Shown one piece after another: positions 10,907 through 21,660 of a DNA stretch of 64,000 bases. Both the position numbers and the translations under genes were made by a program. The stretch spans positions 46,838 through 110,837 of the forward strand of contig JBBDKV010000003.1 in the NCBI GenBank assembly GCA_040879165.1, given 5' to 3'. Within the stretch, counting starts at the first letter, position 1. Every line of letters starts with the position of its first letter. The notes beneath the pieces were generated by a model. It was not told where the DNA came from. It did no database searches and saw only the letters and a program-made list of their open reading frames with translations. This DNA is from Patescibacteria group bacterium. Lineage in GTDB: Bacteria; Patescibacteriota; Microgenomatia; UBA1400; PJMF01.

Positions 10907-11587
10907 ATGGAAAGACATATTTACCTGACTCGTCATGGCGAGACGGATTTTAATCTCACTAAACGAGTTCAGGATGCTGAAACACCTGTGTTAACTAAAC
11001 GAGGTCAAGAGCACGCTCTCGCATTGAAAGCAACCATAGAAACTATGGGCGTAGATTTTGATTGCATTATTTGCGCTGATACTAAGAGAACGCGCCAAAC
11101 ACTCGCTCTGATTTTTCCTGATTATAAAAATATGCCTCAAGTTTTAATAGATCCTCGCAACCAAGAGCGATTGCATAGAGGACTCATAGGATATACAAAG
11201 CAGCAAATTGCTGAAGCAATTGGAGTAGAGCTACAAGGTCGCTTATCCTGGCCATTGTACTTCGAAGGCACTGATCAATCGGTCTTAACAAACAGATTTC
11301 CAGAAAATGAAACAATAGAACAAATTAGAGAACGCGTGTCTTCACTCATAGATGAATTTCAAAACCATACGAATATCCTCATAATTGGCAGTTCAATTAT
11401 TAATCACTACATTCTGGAATACCTCATTCATGGCTCAATTGGTAAGCAGAAAGCTGAGTATCCAGAAGGCAATCAGCTCGACTTCCAAAGTCATGATGAG
11501 ATACGAGTTGTTACACTAGACGAAAATATGCACGTTACTAACTACAAAATAATACAAACAGGGCAGCCTACAACTAACGAGGAGTAG
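10907..11587 (+). CDS. Histidine phosphatase family protein (phosphoglycerate-mutase-like)
   Basis: 226 aa. The RHGETDFN motif is at the N-terminus. Confidence 0.75.
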   Translation: MERHIYLTRHGETDFNLTKRVQDAETPVLTKRGQEHALALKATIETMGVDFDCIICADTKRTRQTLALIFPDYKNMPQVLIDPRNQERLHRGLIGYTKQQIAEAIGVELQGRLSWPLYFEGTDQSVLTNRFPENETIEQIRERVSSLIDEFQNHTNILIIGSSIINHYILEYLIHGSIGKQKAEYPEGNQLDFQSHDEIRVVTLDENMHVTNYKIIQTGQPTTNEE

Positions 11588-11588
11588 C

Positions 11589-12710
11589 CTACTCAAGCTT
11601 CTTCTCCTCTTTCTTCTGATCCAGCAACTTCCCCGATGCATAACTCTGCACCTTATCCACTCGCTTCTCCATCTGACGCACCCGAGTCTGAGTCAGCTGC
11701 TCATAATCACTCTGCAACGTCCCCAACGTCCGACCATACTTCTCGAACTGCCCCTTAAACTTGTCCCATTCCACTACAAACTCATCAATGTACTTTACCG
11801 CCTTACGCAGTGAATCAGTAATCATAAAGTTGCGGTAACTTTCCATGACGGTCTTGGCTACGATAATAAAAGTAAACGGCGACACAAGCAGCACGCGCTG
11901 CTTGATAGCATAATCAACCATGTCTGGAATTTGTTGATTAATAAACGAGAAGACCATCTCATTAGGGACAAATAAAATAGCGTAATCAAGCGTTTCTGCA
12001 GCTGGATCAATGTACTCAGCAACCTTATCAATTTTTGTTTTCAAATCCACTCGAAACTGCTTCAAATGAGGAGCCTGAGCAGCCTTTCCATCTTCTGCCA
12101 CCAAGCGAGCTATGCTTTGATACGGGAACTTTACATCAATTGGCACAATTCGCTCGTTGGGCAACAACAAAGTGATATCTGGTCGAAGCACAGTGTCATT
12201 GCTCGTAGTCATCGAACGCTGCTTGCTATAATGCACCCCTTCTTGTAAGCCGTTGGCAGTCAACAAATCTTCAATAATCCGCTCACCCCATTCACCTCGT
12301 GCCTGATTATTAGACAAAACCTTAGCCAACTTTTCAGTGTTAATTCTCAGCTCGTCAGTGAGTTTGCGGTGATTAGTAATATCAGTTTTGAGAGTACTAA
12401 ACTGCACACTGCGCTCTTTTTCTAAATCATGGATTTCTTTTTGACGCTCAGCCACCGAATCTTCCAAACGCTTGACCATTTCTTCAATATTTCGACGAGT
12501 GTGCGCTACATCGGTAGCGATCATTTTTTTCTCACCTTCCAGAATTTGTCGACTCTGCTCCGCGACAACTGAAGCACTTTTACCAAAGGCTTGATTAACA
12601 ATATTTTCTATATCTGCACCTGGCTTTCTCAACAGCATTGCCCGTATCGCAAAAAACAAGCCAACAAAACCGGCAATTACTACTAGAATTAAGAGTAGTT
12701 CGAATGTCAT
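11589..12710 (-). CDS. rmuC: DNA recombination protein RmuC
   Basis: 373 aa. It has an N-terminal TM, a long coiled coil, and an RmuC nuclease-like C-terminal domain (RGEWGE...DVKFP). Confidence 0.8.
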   Translation of the reverse strand: MTFELLLILVVIAGFVGLFFAIRAMLLRKPGADIENIVNQAFGKSASVVAEQSRQILEGEKKMIATDVAHTRRNIEEMVKRLEDSVAERQKEIHDLEKERSVQFSTLKTDITNHRKLTDELRINTEKLAKVLSNNQARGEWGERIIEDLLTANGLQEGVHYSKQRSMTTSNDTVLRPDITLLLPNERIVPIDVKFPYQSIARLVAEDGKAAQAPHLKQFRVDLKTKIDKVAEYIDPAAETLDYAILFVPNEMVFSFINQQIPDMVDYAIKQRVLLVSPFTFIIVAKTVMESYRNFMITDSLRKAVKYIDEFVVEWDKFKGQFEKYGRTLGTLQSDYEQLTQTRVRQMEKRVDKVQSYASGKLLDQKKEEKKLE

Positions 12711-12741
12711 AGTAAAAACATACTAACGCACCTTACCATAA

Positions 12742-13230
12742 ATGTCAGCACACACCCGTCAAGTCACCAACACCACAACTTCTCAACAAAGAAAGCCTGC
12801 GCGCTCACGACTACGACCGCACTCCGAGCCTCGCCAACGTCAGTCCAATAACTATCAATCCTATATCTCATCTTTTTTCTCATCCTTTATTGCCCCACGA
12901 AAAAAATATCTGCCTACTTTGCTACTCAGCCTCCTTTGTTACCTGATTGTTTTCTATATTCTGACCCAAGTACACCCAGCAAGCATCGCTCATCTACCAC
13001 TACCGTATAGCTATGCACCACTGCAAATAGCGCTGGCAGCTGGTAATTTTTTGCTGTTCTCTTTCCTACTCTTGCAACGTCGCCAAGCTATAATTGTCAG
13101 TTCTTGGATAGCCGTGCTCCTTTTTTTAAAATTGCAATTATTTGTTGTGCATTGGCTAGTAATTGCAATCTCTGGTTTGTGCATGATAGCGCTCGAACTA
13201 ATTTTGAGCAAAATTGAGCACACAAAATAA
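12742..13230 (+). CDS. Hypothetical membrane protein with a basic, disordered N-terminus
   Basis: 162 aa ORF, divergent from rmuC. Three hydrophobic segments. No recognisable motifs. Confidence 0.35.
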   Translation: MSAHTRQVTNTTTSQQRKPARSRLRPHSEPRQRQSNNYQSYISSFFSSFIAPRKKYLPTLLLSLLCYLIVFYILTQVHPASIAHLPLPYSYAPLQIALAAGNFLLFSFLLLQRRQAIIVSSWIAVLLFLKLQLFVVHWLVIAISGLCMIALELILSKIEHTK

Positions 13231-13298
13231 TTTTCCAAAATTCTACCTCTAAGCTAGAGTGTATCAAAGCTTGTTTAAGCTGGTAATTCGATACTATT

Positions 13299-13712
13299 TT
13301 GATATACTATCGACACGTAACGTCTTCAATAAAAAAAGTTTTTATGAACAAACTCATCTATTCTGAAACAGAAGCTCGACAAGAGCTAACACAACTTTTA
13401 GCTGATATCAATTCGCCACAAGAAATTGCTGATTTCTTAGCTGCTTTTATTAAGGAGTCGGAAGTAAGCAACTTAGCTAAACGAGTTGCAATATTGAAAC
13501 TGTTGGAAGAAAATGTTTCGTATGAAGATATTCAAAATCAACTGAGCGTTTCCAGCGCTACTGTATCTGCAGTTGCTCAAACCAGAGAGCTTCCCATTAG
13601 TCAACGAATTTTGGAGAGAATCGCTGCGCAGAATTGGGCTGACCAACAGTTTAAAAAAATTCAACAGTACTTTAATCCTGATCAACCAAAAAATCAGAGT
13701 CAAACATTGTAA
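13299..13712 (+). CDS. YerC/YecD-like (TrpR-related) helix-turn-helix protein
   Basis: 137 aa. It contains the SYEDIQNQLSVSSATVSAV HTH segment typical of the YerC family. The true start may be the internal Met at about 13344. Confidence 0.55.
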   Translation: MIYYRHVTSSIKKVFMNKLIYSETEARQELTQLLADINSPQEIADFLAAFIKESEVSNLAKRVAILKLLEENVSYEDIQNQLSVSSATVSAVAQTRELPISQRILERIAAQNWADQQFKKIQQYFNPDQPKNQSQTL

Positions 13713-13794
13713 TCTGAGTGACAGCTATGTCATACTCTACTGGTCGTCCAGTCTAGAAACAGTCTAGAAAAGACTCAAAGCCCTGTTCATCACT

Positions 13795-15225
13795 ATGTCC
13801 AACAACTTCTACATTACCGCTGCAATTCCTTACGTCAATGGCAAGCCACATCTTGGTCACGTTTTAGAATGGTTTCAGGCCGATAGTATCGCTCAATATC
13901 AACGTATGATTGGCAATACCGTAACTTTTAGTTGCGGCACTGATGAAAATAGTCTCAAAAACGTTCAGGCAGCAGAGAAAGCCAATATAAGTAGCCAAGA
14001 CTGGCTCGACCAATACGCTCAGATTTTTGAGGATGCCTTTGAAGAGCTTGGAATTTCCTTAACCAATTTTCGCCGTGGCAGCGATCAAGTTCATCATTGG
14101 CCAGGTGTGCAAGAATTATGGAAAAGATGTGAAGCCGCAGGTGATATTTATACGAAAGAATACACTGGACTCTACTGCGTTGGCTGTGAAATGTATTACA
14201 CTGAAGCCGAATTGGTGGATGGATTATGTCCAGAACATCTCAAAAAGCCCGAATCAATTACTGAGACCAATTACTTTTTCCGCCTCTCAAAATATGAGCA
14301 GCAAATCAAAACACTCATAGAATCGAATCAATTATCAATTGTTTCTGATCAATTTCGCCAAGAAATGCTCGGTTTTGTTAAGCAAGGTCTTGAGGACTTT
14401 AGCGTGTCTCGATCTCAAGAACGCTCTCGAGGTATCGGTGTGCCAGTTCCCAATGATCCGAGTCAAGTAATGTATGTCTGGTTTGACGCCTTGGCTATTT
14501 ACCTAACGAGCATTGGCTGGGGATACGATGCCCAATCTTTTGACAAAGCTTGGCCAGCAGACGTGCATGTAATTGGCAAAGGTATTGCGAGATTTCACGC
14601 CGTCTATTGGATCGGCATGCTCCTTTCTGCTGGGCTTTCCCTCCCAAAAGCTATCTCAATTCATGGCTACATTACCTCAGATGGTCAAAAAATGAGTAAA
14701 TCACTTGGTAATGTTGTTGAGCCATTTAGCCTCATACAACAATATGGACTTGAACCAGTACGCTATTACTTACTCAAACACATTCCCACTCACTCGGACG
14801 GAGACTTTTCTGAAAAGATGTACCAAGAAGTCTACACGGCAGATTTAGCGAATGGCATAGGCAACCTCTGCTCCAGAACCGCTACACTAGCAGTTAAAAC
14901 GAACGCCACCGCACCAATAGATTCTCCGGACAAATGCAACCCTGCTTTTGCAAAGTCTATGAATGCTTTTAAAATCAGCGACGCGCTTCTCTGGATTATC
15001 GATCAAGTTAAAACAACTGATCACTATCTAAGTGAAAAACAACCATGGAAAAACCCTGATGCACCAGAAGCAGCGCAGGTCGTCACAGAAGTCACACATA
15101 AAGTAGTGGCAATCGGCTACCATTTACAGCCATTCATGCCGCAAACGGCTGCCAAAATTCTCAATCACTTTACAAAGCAACCAATAACAGCAATGACTGA
15201 GCCGCTATTTCCCAGACTTTCTTAA
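13795..15225 (+). CDS. metG: Methionyl-tRNA synthetase (short form)
   Basis: 476 aa. It has PYVNGKPHLGH (HIGH motif), KMSKS, and a Zn-knuckle CVGCE...CPEH. Confidence 0.92.
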   Translation: MSNNFYITAAIPYVNGKPHLGHVLEWFQADSIAQYQRMIGNTVTFSCGTDENSLKNVQAAEKANISSQDWLDQYAQIFEDAFEELGISLTNFRRGSDQVHHWPGVQELWKRCEAAGDIYTKEYTGLYCVGCEMYYTEAELVDGLCPEHLKKPESITETNYFFRLSKYEQQIKTLIESNQLSIVSDQFRQEMLGFVKQGLEDFSVSRSQERSRGIGVPVPNDPSQVMYVWFDALAIYLTSIGWGYDAQSFDKAWPADVHVIGKGIARFHAVYWIGMLLSAGLSLPKAISIHGYITSDGQKMSKSLGNVVEPFSLIQQYGLEPVRYYLLKHIPTHSDGDFSEKMYQEVYTADLANGIGNLCSRTATLAVKTNATAPIDSPDKCNPAFAKSMNAFKISDALLWIIDQVKTTDHYLSEKQPWKNPDAPEAAQVVTEVTHKVVAIGYHLQPFMPQTAAKILNHFTKQPITAMTEPLFPRLS

Positions 15226-15265
15226 CCACGCAAGCAGCTTCACTGCACACCAAATATCCAGTACA

Positions 15266-16093
15266 ATGAGCACTATGATTATTGATACCCACAGCCACTA
15301 CAACCTACCTCCTCTGTACCAGGATTGGCATCGACACTGGCAAGAGGCACAAGCACATGACGTAGTGGGAGCATTGGTGATTGGCACTAATCTCAAAACG
15401 AGTCGTGCAGCTATAACGATCTCCGAAAACGAATCGCAGCTTTGGCCAGCGGTTGGCATTCATCCCACCATGGCCGGAGAGTTCCTCAAATCATCTTTAG
15501 AGCTTGAAAAAACCATTGCTGAATTGGGCAAACTGGCAAACCAAGACGACGTGGTTGCAATTGGTGAGTGCGGACTTGATTACTTTCGTTTGCCAAAAGC
15601 TGGCGAAGCTAGAGATGCAGAGATAGCTTTACAACAACAATTGTGTCGCGCGCAACTCCAGCTTGCAGGCGAGCTACAATTACCAGTCAGTATTCATCTT
15701 AGAGACAAAACCAGCCTTGCGTATCACGATTTCTTAGAAATGTATCAAGAAATTGATCCGCAAGTGCCAACCATTCTACACTGTGTTTCCGGACCAACAG
15801 ACTGGGTGCTAACCATGCTTGAACACGGAGCGTTCGTCAGTGTGGCAGGTAACGTCAGCTATCCAAGCGCAGAACACGTTCGGGGCTTGGTGGCGATTAT
15901 CCCTCCCGATCGATTACTGATTGAAACCGATGCCCCATACCTGCCGCCAAAAGCCTATCGAGGTGAAAGCTGCTTGCCCTGGATGATTTCTGAAACTATG
16001 ACATTTTTAGAACAATTCTTAGATAAGAACAGAGAAGATATCTACCAAAATACCATCAGTATTTTTCCACAGTGCGAAAAGGTACTGGAGTAA
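15266..16093 (+). CDS. tatD: TatD-family metal-dependent hydrolase / DNase
   Basis: 275 aa. IDTHSHY is at the N-terminus. metG-tatD is a conserved gene pair. Confidence 0.85.
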   Translation: MSTMIIDTHSHYNLPPLYQDWHRHWQEAQAHDVVGALVIGTNLKTSRAAITISENESQLWPAVGIHPTMAGEFLKSSLELEKTIAELGKLANQDDVVAIGECGLDYFRLPKAGEARDAEIALQQQLCRAQLQLAGELQLPVSIHLRDKTSLAYHDFLEMYQEIDPQVPTILHCVSGPTDWVLTMLEHGAFVSVAGNVSYPSAEHVRGLVAIIPPDRLLIETDAPYLPPKAYRGESCLPWMISETMTFLEQFLDKNREDIYQNTISIFPQCEKVLE

Positions 16094-16099
16094 TCCTAG

Positions 16100-17623
16100 T
16101 TGATCGAGGAACACAACGTGCAAGACTTACTAATCAAATTCGTTGATCGCTATCCGGTCAAAACTCAGCGTGCTTTAGAGATTCTTCCTGGCTTTGTGTC
16201 CTGGATGCTCATTTTATTTCCATTTTGGGGATCATTCTTTTTTCCAATTTGGGTGGCGTACTACGTAATTGCCTTCAGCGTGTATTGGCTCTATCGCTCT
16301 ACTACGTTGGCAGCACTCTCTATCATGGCTCATTTCAAAATCAAAGCAGCGCAACGTTTTGATTGGCTCGCTGATCTACAAAAAAACTATCCAGATTCTT
16401 GGAACTCAATTCATCACTTAGTTATCATCCCCACCTATCAAGAACCTATCACGACACTTGAAAGAACATTGCAAGCCTTGCAGCAACAAACGTTTCCGCT
16501 GAAAAACATTCATATTATGTTGTCATTTGAAGAACGAGAAGGCGCGATGGCTGATGCCAAAGCAATGCAACTCAAGGAATTGTTTAAAAATACCTTTGGC
16601 AATCTTTGGACGACCAAACACCCAGATATTGTGGGAGAGGTGAAGGGCAAGTCATCAAATACTGCATGGGGCGCCCGACAAGCCAAAAAAAATCTAGTGG
16701 ATACTCAGAAAGTTCCGCTCGAGCAGATAACCGTCAGCAGCGAAGACGCGGATGCCATGTTTGACAAACAGTACTTTGCAGCTCTGACTTTCGCTTTCCT
16801 CAGTGAGGAAAATCCGTATAACAAAATTTGGCAAGGAGCAATTGTTTTTTATAATAATATTTGGAAAGTGCCAGCCCCGGTACGAGTCATCTCGTCAATG
16901 TTTTCAGTGATTCAGATGTATATTCTGATGCGGCGCGATCGGTTGGTCAATTTCTCTACCTACAGCACTTCACTCAAGCACATTGTGGACATTGGCTACT
17001 GGGATACTGACGTCATTCCTGAAGATTATCGATTATTTTTCAAATCATATTTTGCCAAAAAGGGCGATTTTAGCGTTGAGCCAATTTTTCTACCTATTCA
17101 CGCTGATGCTGCCGAAGCTCACTCCACCTGGGCAACGGTCAAGAATCAGTATGAACAACTGAAGCGTTGGGCATGGGGCGTCAGTGACGATGCCTACATT
17201 ATCAAACAATACATCAAGGCTAAGGGTGTTCCTTTCTGGGACAAATCCATTCGCGTGCTTAAAGTTATCGAAGACCACTTTCTCTGGCCAGTTAATTGGT
17301 TTGCCATCACGGTGTCAGCTTTTTTACCACCATTACTCAACGATGAATTCAATCGTACGGTGATCGGACGAACCCTTCCCCAGGTCACTAGCACGCTGCT
17401 CACTCTAGCATTGGTGTCTATGTTGGTTATTTTTATTATCGATGCTGTCAACAGGCCACCGCGACCCAACAAACACAACCCACTCTCATACATCGCCCAG
17501 CCGCTTGAGTTTTTAATGCTACCAATTATTGGTTTCTTTTTCTCTGCGCTGCCTGGAATAGATGCTCATACTAGACTGATGATGGGTAAATACATTGAAT
17601 ACAAAGTAACTAAAAAAGTGTAA
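16100..17623 (+). CDS. Membrane GT2 processive-type glycosyltransferase (cellulose/chitin-synthase-like, QxxRW)
   Basis: 507 aa. N- and C-terminal TM helices flank a GT-A domain with a DAD motif (SSEDADAMFD) and QLKRWAWG (QxxRW). The track start at 16100 is a TTG codon. Confidence 0.8.
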   Translation: MIEEHNVQDLLIKFVDRYPVKTQRALEILPGFVSWMLILFPFWGSFFFPIWVAYYVIAFSVYWLYRSTTLAALSIMAHFKIKAAQRFDWLADLQKNYPDSWNSIHHLVIIPTYQEPITTLERTLQALQQQTFPLKNIHIMLSFEEREGAMADAKAMQLKELFKNTFGNLWTTKHPDIVGEVKGKSSNTAWGARQAKKNLVDTQKVPLEQITVSSEDADAMFDKQYFAALTFAFLSEENPYNKIWQGAIVFYNNIWKVPAPVRVISSMFSVIQMYILMRRDRLVNFSTYSTSLKHIVDIGYWDTDVIPEDYRLFFKSYFAKKGDFSVEPIFLPIHADAAEAHSTWATVKNQYEQLKRWAWGVSDDAYIIKQYIKAKGVPFWDKSIRVLKVIEDHFLWPVNWFAITVSAFLPPLLNDEFNRTVIGRTLPQVTSTLLTLALVSMLVIFIIDAVNRPPRPNKHNPLSYIAQPLEFLMLPIIGFFFSALPGIDAHTRLMMGKYIEYKVTKKV

Positions 17624-17632
17624 GATTGAGCT

Positions 17633-19219
17633 ATGCGCCAATTTTTTCGCTCCACTGACGCAATCATCCTTGCTGGATTGTTGTTACTTGTTACGCTACT
17701 ACGACTTCCCAACTTTTTTGAACCATATTGGTACGGAGACGAAGCCATTTACCTAACCATTGGTAACGCACTCAATTATGGCGAAATACTCTATCAAGAC
17801 ATTGTTGATCACAAAACTCCAGGCATCTACTGGTTGGCACAAGTGGGAACACAACTCAACTTTCGAATTGTATTGATGGGCTGGATGCTGGCCAGCACAA
17901 CGCTATTTTTTCTAATCTCTAAACAAGTATGTAGCAATCGTTGGTCAATCGGCTGGGCAAGCCTGTTCTTCGTCATATTCACCAGCATTCCTTTTTTTGA
18001 GGGTAATATTCCTAATGGCGAATTATTCGTTATTGGCTTCGTGCTACTTGGCACGTGGCTGCTGCTTCAAAGCACTGTTGGTCAAGCCATCAAGATGCAG
18101 AAAACAAGTACCACACATACAAAAGATTTTGTATTTCTGCTAGGCTCAGGAGCGGCGTTTGGCTTAGCCATACTTGTCAAAATACCAGCGTTATTTGATT
18201 GGCTTGGCGCAATTTCTCTACTCTATTTTATAGTGCTCAGATACGCCAGTACGCAGGGTTGGAAATCATACACAAAGCTTTGGCAATCCGTACGGCACTA
18301 TCTACTGTTAACATCTGCACAGACCTTGGCAGTTTTGCTCGTACTGGCAGCAAGTATCGGATATTTTTGGTTGATTGGCGCTGGCTCAGACTACCTAGAA
18401 TTCGGACTGCTCTATAACTTTCACTATGCAGGCAACTGGGAAGTTACACATCTCGATCCCAAACTGGCTTGGTGGTTTTCACTCCCAGGAAAGGCGACAT
18501 TTCTTGCAGTAACTGGCGTTATCTTGAGTTTTATATCGTTTCAAAAGTTATCAGTGGTTGGTCGTTGGCTCGGCATGTGGGTGGCGCTAGCTTTAATTGC
18601 TGCACTGCTTTCAAACCGTCCGTACCCTCATTATTTTCTCCAAATTATTCCTCCACTAGCGTTGCTGCTTGGACACACAATTGAGGAATGGTCCGTCAAG
18701 CGAAAAAATCGAAAAAGCAGCAGCTTATCACTTACTACCGCACTCACTGGCATACTTATTACTTTCAGCGTGCTGACCATTTGGTTGATCAACGCCTTTC
18801 CTTACCCAACAATTTCGTATTATGCTACCTGGTACAGGTTTATGACCAATCAAATCACTCCAACAGAGTATCGAGATAGTTTTAATTATCTACTTGCAGA
18901 TAATTATCGATTTAACCAAGCTGATTTGGTACAACCCGGAGAAAACTTGTTTATTTGGGGAACTAATCCAATGTTGTATGCTCAAACCCAGACCATTCCC
19001 GTTGGTCGCTTTACGGTTGCATTTCACATTCATGACTTAGGACTGTACTCCGAAACAATGCAAGCTGTAGAACGTGTCAAACCAAAAATTATCATTACGC
19101 AACACGCAGAAGACACCGAACTTCCTGGTCTTAATCAATTATTGGAAGCAGAATACGTTGCCGATGAAACGTATGATCACTTTACTCTTTGGCAGCTCCG
19201 AGATAGTATTGCGGAGTAA
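17633..19219 (+). CDS. GT-C fold glycosyltransferase (PMT/ArnT-like)
   Basis: 528 aa polytopic membrane protein. WYGDEAIY (DE motif) sits in the first loop. The C-terminal half is soluble. Confidence 0.65.
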   Translation: MRQFFRSTDAIILAGLLLLVTLLRLPNFFEPYWYGDEAIYLTIGNALNYGEILYQDIVDHKTPGIYWLAQVGTQLNFRIVLMGWMLASTTLFFLISKQVCSNRWSIGWASLFFVIFTSIPFFEGNIPNGELFVIGFVLLGTWLLLQSTVGQAIKMQKTSTTHTKDFVFLLGSGAAFGLAILVKIPALFDWLGAISLLYFIVLRYASTQGWKSYTKLWQSVRHYLLLTSAQTLAVLLVLAASIGYFWLIGAGSDYLEFGLLYNFHYAGNWEVTHLDPKLAWWFSLPGKATFLAVTGVILSFISFQKLSVVGRWLGMWVALALIAALLSNRPYPHYFLQIIPPLALLLGHTIEEWSVKRKNRKSSSLSLTTALTGILITFSVLTIWLINAFPYPTISYYATWYRFMTNQITPTEYRDSFNYLLADNYRFNQADLVQPGENLFIWGTNPMLYAQTQTIPVGRFTVAFHIHDLGLYSETMQAVERVKPKIIITQHAEDTELPGLNQLLEAEYVADETYDHFTLWQLRDSIAE

Positions 19220-19237
19220 ACTTGCTATAATGACGCT

Positions 19238-19603
19238 ATGCCTGAAAACTTCCATCGCTATGGTCGTTGGTCAAAAGCACCAACATTAGCCAAAAAACAG
19301 TTGCTCTGGTCATTTTATCTGACTACTGCCATTACCCTAATTGCAACTGTTTTTTACTTTTTTGCCCAACCACACCTACCTTTTTTCTATACACTCCCAC
19401 TGGATAGTCAGATGCTGGCACCAAAATTATGGCTATTTCTCTTTCCCAGTATTTCACTCGGAATTACGTTGCTACACATGATTTTGCTCGGTCTATTTTA
19501 TGATTTAGACGAATTAATTCTCCGACTGTTCGCCAACGCAACAACCATCATCCAGAGCATACTACTCTTGGCACTGGTACGAATAATTGTCATTACTTGG
19601 TAA
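19238..19603 (+). CDS. Small 3-TM membrane protein of unknown function inside the glycan operon
   Basis: 121 aa. It is in phase with the operon and has hydrophobic helices. Confidence 0.4.
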   Translation: MPENFHRYGRWSKAPTLAKKQLLWSFYLTTAITLIATVFYFFAQPHLPFFYTLPLDSQMLAPKLWLFLFPSISLGITLLHMILLGLFYDLDELILRLFANATTIIQSILLLALVRIIVITW

Positions 19604-20685
19604 ACAACGCGTATATGCTTGAACTACTCAGTTTTTTACTGACAGCACTACTAGCCACATTGCTAACACCTCTGGTAATCCAGTACTATAAACGAAAAAA
19701 TTGGCTTGATGAACCAGAGAAAAAAAGACACGTTAAGGTTACCCACACCACGGCGGTACCTCGTGGTGGTGGTCTTGTTATTTTTCTCAGTATAGTGTTC
19801 AGCAGTTTATTATTGCTCAATATTGACCAATACTTACTCGCCATTTTGTTTGGCGCTGCACTTCTGGCCATCGTAGGCATGCTTGATGATATTTATGATA
19901 TTCATCCACTGATTCGTCTTACTGCCAATACTATCGCAGCGTTGATTGTCGTTGGCTCTGGCATAGGCATCGCCTACGTTAGTCATCCGTTTCAAGAGGG
20001 AGTTATTCATCTTGATCAGCCACAAATTAGCTTCTGGGCTTTCGGTGCTGAACGAACCATCTGGTTACTCTCAAGTTCATTAGCAGTCTTATTCATCATT
20101 TGGAATATGAATATTGTCAACTGGTCAAAGGGCGTAGATGGTCAAATGCCGGGATTCGTGATGATTGCTCTGATTTTTATTGGAATACTCTCAACTCGAT
20201 TTATAGGTGATCCGACAGAATTTAACACCATGATGCTGAGCTTCATTACAGCGGGTGCATTTGGAGGATTTTTACTTTGGAATTGGTATCCACAAAAAAT
20301 TATGCCAGGCTATGGTGCAGGCTCTTTGGCTGGTTACTTCTTAAGCGTATTAGCCATACTCTCAGGAGCCAAGGTAGCTACAGCCTTAATGGTGCTGGCG
20401 CTGCCCACAGCCGATGCGGTATTTACTATTATTCGCCGTATTCGTGCTGGTAAGTCTCCAATTTGGGGAGATCGCGGCCATTTCCATCACAAATTAATTG
20501 ATGTTTTTCACTGGAGCAAGCAGCAAGTGGCGGTTTTCTATTGGTCTGTCAGTTTAATTATGGGAGTGGTATCATTATACGTGAGCACCTTAGGAAAATT
20601 GGTGGCCATAGCCATTACTTTTGGACTGACCTTTGGTGTATTAATTTGGGCTAAAATAAAACAGCTGCGCCATGACTCACAATAA
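19597..20685 (+). CDS. Polyprenyl-phosphate N-acetylhexosamine-1-phosphate transferase (WecA/TagO/MraY family, GT4 membrane)
   Basis: 362 aa. It contains MLDDIYD and NMNIVNWSKGVDG with about 10 TM helices. This is the priming enzyme for lipid-linked glycans. Confidence 0.82.
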   Translation: MVNNAYMLELLSFLLTALLATLLTPLVIQYYKRKNWLDEPEKKRHVKVTHTTAVPRGGGLVIFLSIVFSSLLLLNIDQYLLAILFGAALLAIVGMLDDIYDIHPLIRLTANTIAALIVVGSGIGIAYVSHPFQEGVIHLDQPQISFWAFGAERTIWLLSSSLAVLFIIWNMNIVNWSKGVDGQMPGFVMIALIFIGILSTRFIGDPTEFNTMMLSFITAGAFGGFLLWNWYPQKIMPGYGAGSLAGYFLSVLAILSGAKVATALMVLALPTADAVFTIIRRIRAGKSPIWGDRGHFHHKLIDVFHWSKQQVAVFYWSVSLIMGVVSLYVSTLGKLVAIAITFGLTFGVLIWAKIKQLRHDSQ

Positions 20686-21637
20686 AAGCGTCTTCTACAA
20701 CCTCTTAAAAACCGCACGTCCTCGGCAATGGATTAAAAACTTGGCATTGTACGCAGCGCTGATTTTTTCAGGCATGCTGTTTTATGTACCCACTGACGCC
20801 CCCGCCTACTTTTTGACTGTAACTCTCGCCTTCATCACTTTTAATTTCATCACTTCTAGTATCTATATTTTTAACGATATTGTTGATGCAGAAGCCGATC
20901 GCAATCATCCATTCAAAAAGAAGCGACCTATTGCATCAGGCGCACTTTCAGTACGCTCAGCCAAAATTGGCGCTGGAGTTTTGCTCATCATTAGTCTTAT
21001 TTTGTCATTTTATTTAACGTTCTTCTTTCAACTGATGGCACTTGCCTACGTACTGCTTCAGATATTATATGCGAAGTTTCTCAAGCACATTCCAATTTTT
21101 GATGTAGCATCAATAGCCACCGGCTTTCTGATCAGAATTTATGCCGGGGCGCTCGTCGTTAATCTCCATATGAACGTTTGGTTTTTACTGACTGTTATCT
21201 CAGCGTCATTATTCTTAGCTGTGGGTAAACGTCAAAGTGAGCGCACACTACTTTCTGGGCAATCAGAGGAAGTAATCGGCTCAACACGCAAGATTCTCAA
21301 GCACTACACCCAGCGCTTACTCGACCAATACACGGGCATGTTTGCCACTGCAGCATGGCTTAGCTATGCCATTTATACCTTTCAAGCACAAACAGTTGTT
21401 CCAGCAGCCGAATTTACTCAAATCTACACATTTTTACCAAAAACACTGCACTCGCAAAAACTACTGATGCTAACACTACCTTTTGTAATTTTTGGCATCA
21501 TGCGCTACTTACAACTGATTTATGAAAAAAATGAAGGTGAATCCCCAGAGCGAGTGCTGCTTGGAGACAGAACGTTGCTCACCACACTTTTTATGTTTGG
21601 CAGTAGCGTTCTCTTAATTATTTACGTCATCGGTTAA
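20672..21637 (+). CDS. UbiA-family prenyltransferase, decaprenyl-phosphate phosphoribosyltransferase (DPPR synthase)-like
   Basis: 321 aa. It has NDIVDAEADRNHPFKKKRPIASG, the NDxxDxxxD...RPIASG signature of UbiA family / Rv3806c-like enzymes. Confidence 0.6.
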   Translation: MTHNKSVFYNLLKTARPRQWIKNLALYAALIFSGMLFYVPTDAPAYFLTVTLAFITFNFITSSIYIFNDIVDAEADRNHPFKKKRPIASGALSVRSAKIGAGVLLIISLILSFYLTFFFQLMALAYVLLQILYAKFLKHIPIFDVASIATGFLIRIYAGALVVNLHMNVWFLLTVISASLFLAVGKRQSERTLLSGQSEEVIGSTRKILKHYTQRLLDQYTGMFATAAWLSYAIYTFQAQTVVPAAEFTQIYTFLPKTLHSQKLLMLTLPFVIFGIMRYLQLIYEKNEGESPERVLLGDRTLLTTLFMFGSSVLLIIYVIG

Positions 21638-21660
21638 ACCTAATTATCTGCCCAAAAAAT